Positions 41,690-43,111 of a stretch of DNA of 43,111 nucleotides are shown one piece after another. The stretch comes from a virus (lineage: Duplodnaviria > Caudoviricetes): the IMG/VR virus record IMGVR_UViG_3300012232_000007, positions 1 to 43,111 of that record. One strand, 5' to 3'. A model generated the notes under the pieces. It saw only the letters and a list, made by a program, of their open reading frames with translations. It made no database searches and had not been told where the DNA came from. The translations under genes and the position numbers were made by a program. Position 1 is the first letter of the stretch. The number at the start of each line of letters is the position of its first letter.

Positions 41690-43111
41690 CAGACCAACGC
41701 CCCCACGCCCCGCTCGAGATTCGACTGGGCATACCGGCGGTCCCGCTCGCGGTTGTTGCGGTTCAGGTTGTCGCCGTCGAGGTCGATCCGTACCTTGGCG
41801 ATGGCGGCGGCCAGCTTGTCGTAGTCGATGATCTCGCCCCCACTCCCGCCCGCCATCGGTACCACCATCTCTGGCCCCGCCTCACCGATGAGGGCGAGGG
41901 TGGGCGTGGTGACGAGGCCCCCCTTCGCCATCGCGCTGATGCCGATCTGCGGCATGATGAGCGGGGTATGGGCGTTGCCGGGGCCGGTGCCGCCGGTGCC
42001 CCCGCCCCCCGTGCCCGCGCCGTAACCCTGTCCCACGGCAGCGTTGACCTGTTTCACGGCTGACGCGGCCTCAAGGGCCGACTTGGTAAGCTCGTCATAT
42101 CTTGCCGCCGTGATAGCGCCCGGCATGCCCCGGAGCGCGTTCTGTAGATCCGCCGTGGAGGTCAGCAGCGTCTGGTTGCCCGTGGCGGCTGCCCGCGCTC
42201 GCTTGTCCAGGTCTTCGTACCGTGCGGCTGAGATGGCGCCCGGCATCGCACGCAGCATGTTCTGGAGGTCGGCGGTCGACTTGGTAAGCGCGATGGTCGC
42301 GGTGGTGGCTCCTTCTAGTGCACGGATACCGCCAGTGAAGTAGGAGCCTTCACCCGGACCAACTATCCCGAGCCGGTCCACCGCACCCCGGAAGCCGCGC
42401 ATCACCAGCGATCCCGCGCTCGTGTTTACGGCCGGGGCCATTTCTCCAAGTCTGTCTACTGCGCCACGAAAGCCCCGCATGACCAATGATTCCGACGCAG
42501 CTACGACCGCCGACTCCCCCTCCTGAATGCCCGCCACGATGCCGAGCGCGATGGGCAGTCCTACCTCGCGGGCAAACAACTTCGACGGCGACCGTGCCTC
42601 GATCGCGGCCTTCGCTCCGGCCAATGCTTCGGAGGCGAGTCCTTGCAACCTGGCCACGATGGGGCCGGGGTTGATCCCGGAAACGATGCCCGAGACGATG
42701 GCCACGCCCAGCTCCATCGCCCGGTCACGGAAGGTGCCGGCCATGCCGGAGATGGCCGCCGCCGCGTTGTTCAGCGCGGTACTGACGGTGGTTACCAGCC
42801 CGTCGAATGCCTCGCCTACCGCATTCTTGAGGTTGGCCATGGCGACGACGGTGTTAAAGATGGTGGCAATGAGGAGGTCCAGGCCCTGGCCCCATGTATC
42901 CATCATGGCCCGGAAGGCTGTCCCGATCGGCCCCACCAGCGGCGCGAGGGCATCGGCCACCATGCCCAGGAACTTGACGGTCTCGGTCAGTTGCCGCCCG
43001 AACCCGGGGCCGTACTCCTGGATGAAGGGGATCACCTGATCCTTGGTGAACTTCCCGAGCCCATCGGTGACCTCTCGAATGGCCGGATTCAGTTCCCGCC
43101 CGAGCATGATG
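41689..43111 (-). CDS. Tape measure protein, C-terminal part
   Basis: RSPSKLF, MAKGGLVTTPTLALIGEAGPEMVVP; continues from 1229->1. Confidence 0.92.
   Translation of the reverse strand, partial: IMLGRELNPAIREVTDGLGKFTKDQVIPFIQEYGPGFGRQLTETVKFLGMVADALAPLVGPIGTAFRAMMDTWGQGLDLLIATIFNTVVAMANLKNAVGEAFDGLVTTVSTALNNAAAAISGMAGTFRDRAMELGVAIVSGIVSGINPGPIVARLQGLASEALAGAKAAIEARSPSKLFAREVGLPIALGIVAGIQEGESAVVAASESLVMRGFRGAVDRLGEMAPAVNTSAGSLVMRGFRGAVDRLGIVGPGEGSYFTGGIRALEGATTATIALTKSTADLQNMLRAMPGAISAARYEDLDKRARAAATGNQTLLTSTADLQNALRGMPGAITAARYDELTKSALEAASAVKQVNAAVGQGYGAGTGGGGTGGTGPGNAHTPLIMPQIGISAMAKGGLVTTPTLALIGEAGPEMVVPMAGGSGGEIIDYDKLAAAIAKVRIDLDGDNLNRNNRERDRRYAQSNLERGVGALV

Noticed and set aside
1-43111. 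tRNA, rRNA, integrase, transposase, Cas or anti-CRISPR genes
   Set aside because: No recognisable motifs by eye; needs tRNAscan and HMM confirmation

Overview
The window is an apparently complete, circularly assembled ~42,988-bp genome of a high-GC tailed phage with a siphovirus-like layout. Bases 1-123 equal 42989-43111, and this junction falls inside the tape-measure gene. Most genes lie on the - strand. The virion module runs terS, terL, portal-MuF fusion, Com-like Zn finger, prohead protease, HK97 capsid, decoration/fibre genes, a secreted glycoside hydrolase, head-tail joining genes, tail tube, G/GT chaperones with a -1 slippery site, tape measure, LamG tail protein and fibre. A cluster of small membrane proteins and an NlpC/P60-GH19 endolysin follow. 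An XRE repressor with a divergent early operon covers a 3D-domain protein, HNH, Sak-like SSAP, SSB, initiator, DnaC-like loader, SNF2 helicase, DNA MTase, PolX and VRR-NUC. No integrase, ParA or tRNA was seen. The host is probably Chloroflexota (inference). The main leads are: (1) a small chimeric gene built from the capsid E-loop strands plus a copy of the portal C-terminus, with a second structural-fragment gene derived from the fibre repeat; (2) a Com-like protein plus matching RBS-occluding hairpins sharing CG(A/T)GGCCCCC in the head and tail leaders; (3) single genes bounded by direct repeats at gene junctions; (4) a three-copy structured leader element; (5) synonymously recoded AT-rich gene ends. 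All protein family calls come from reading motifs by eye, not from database searches.
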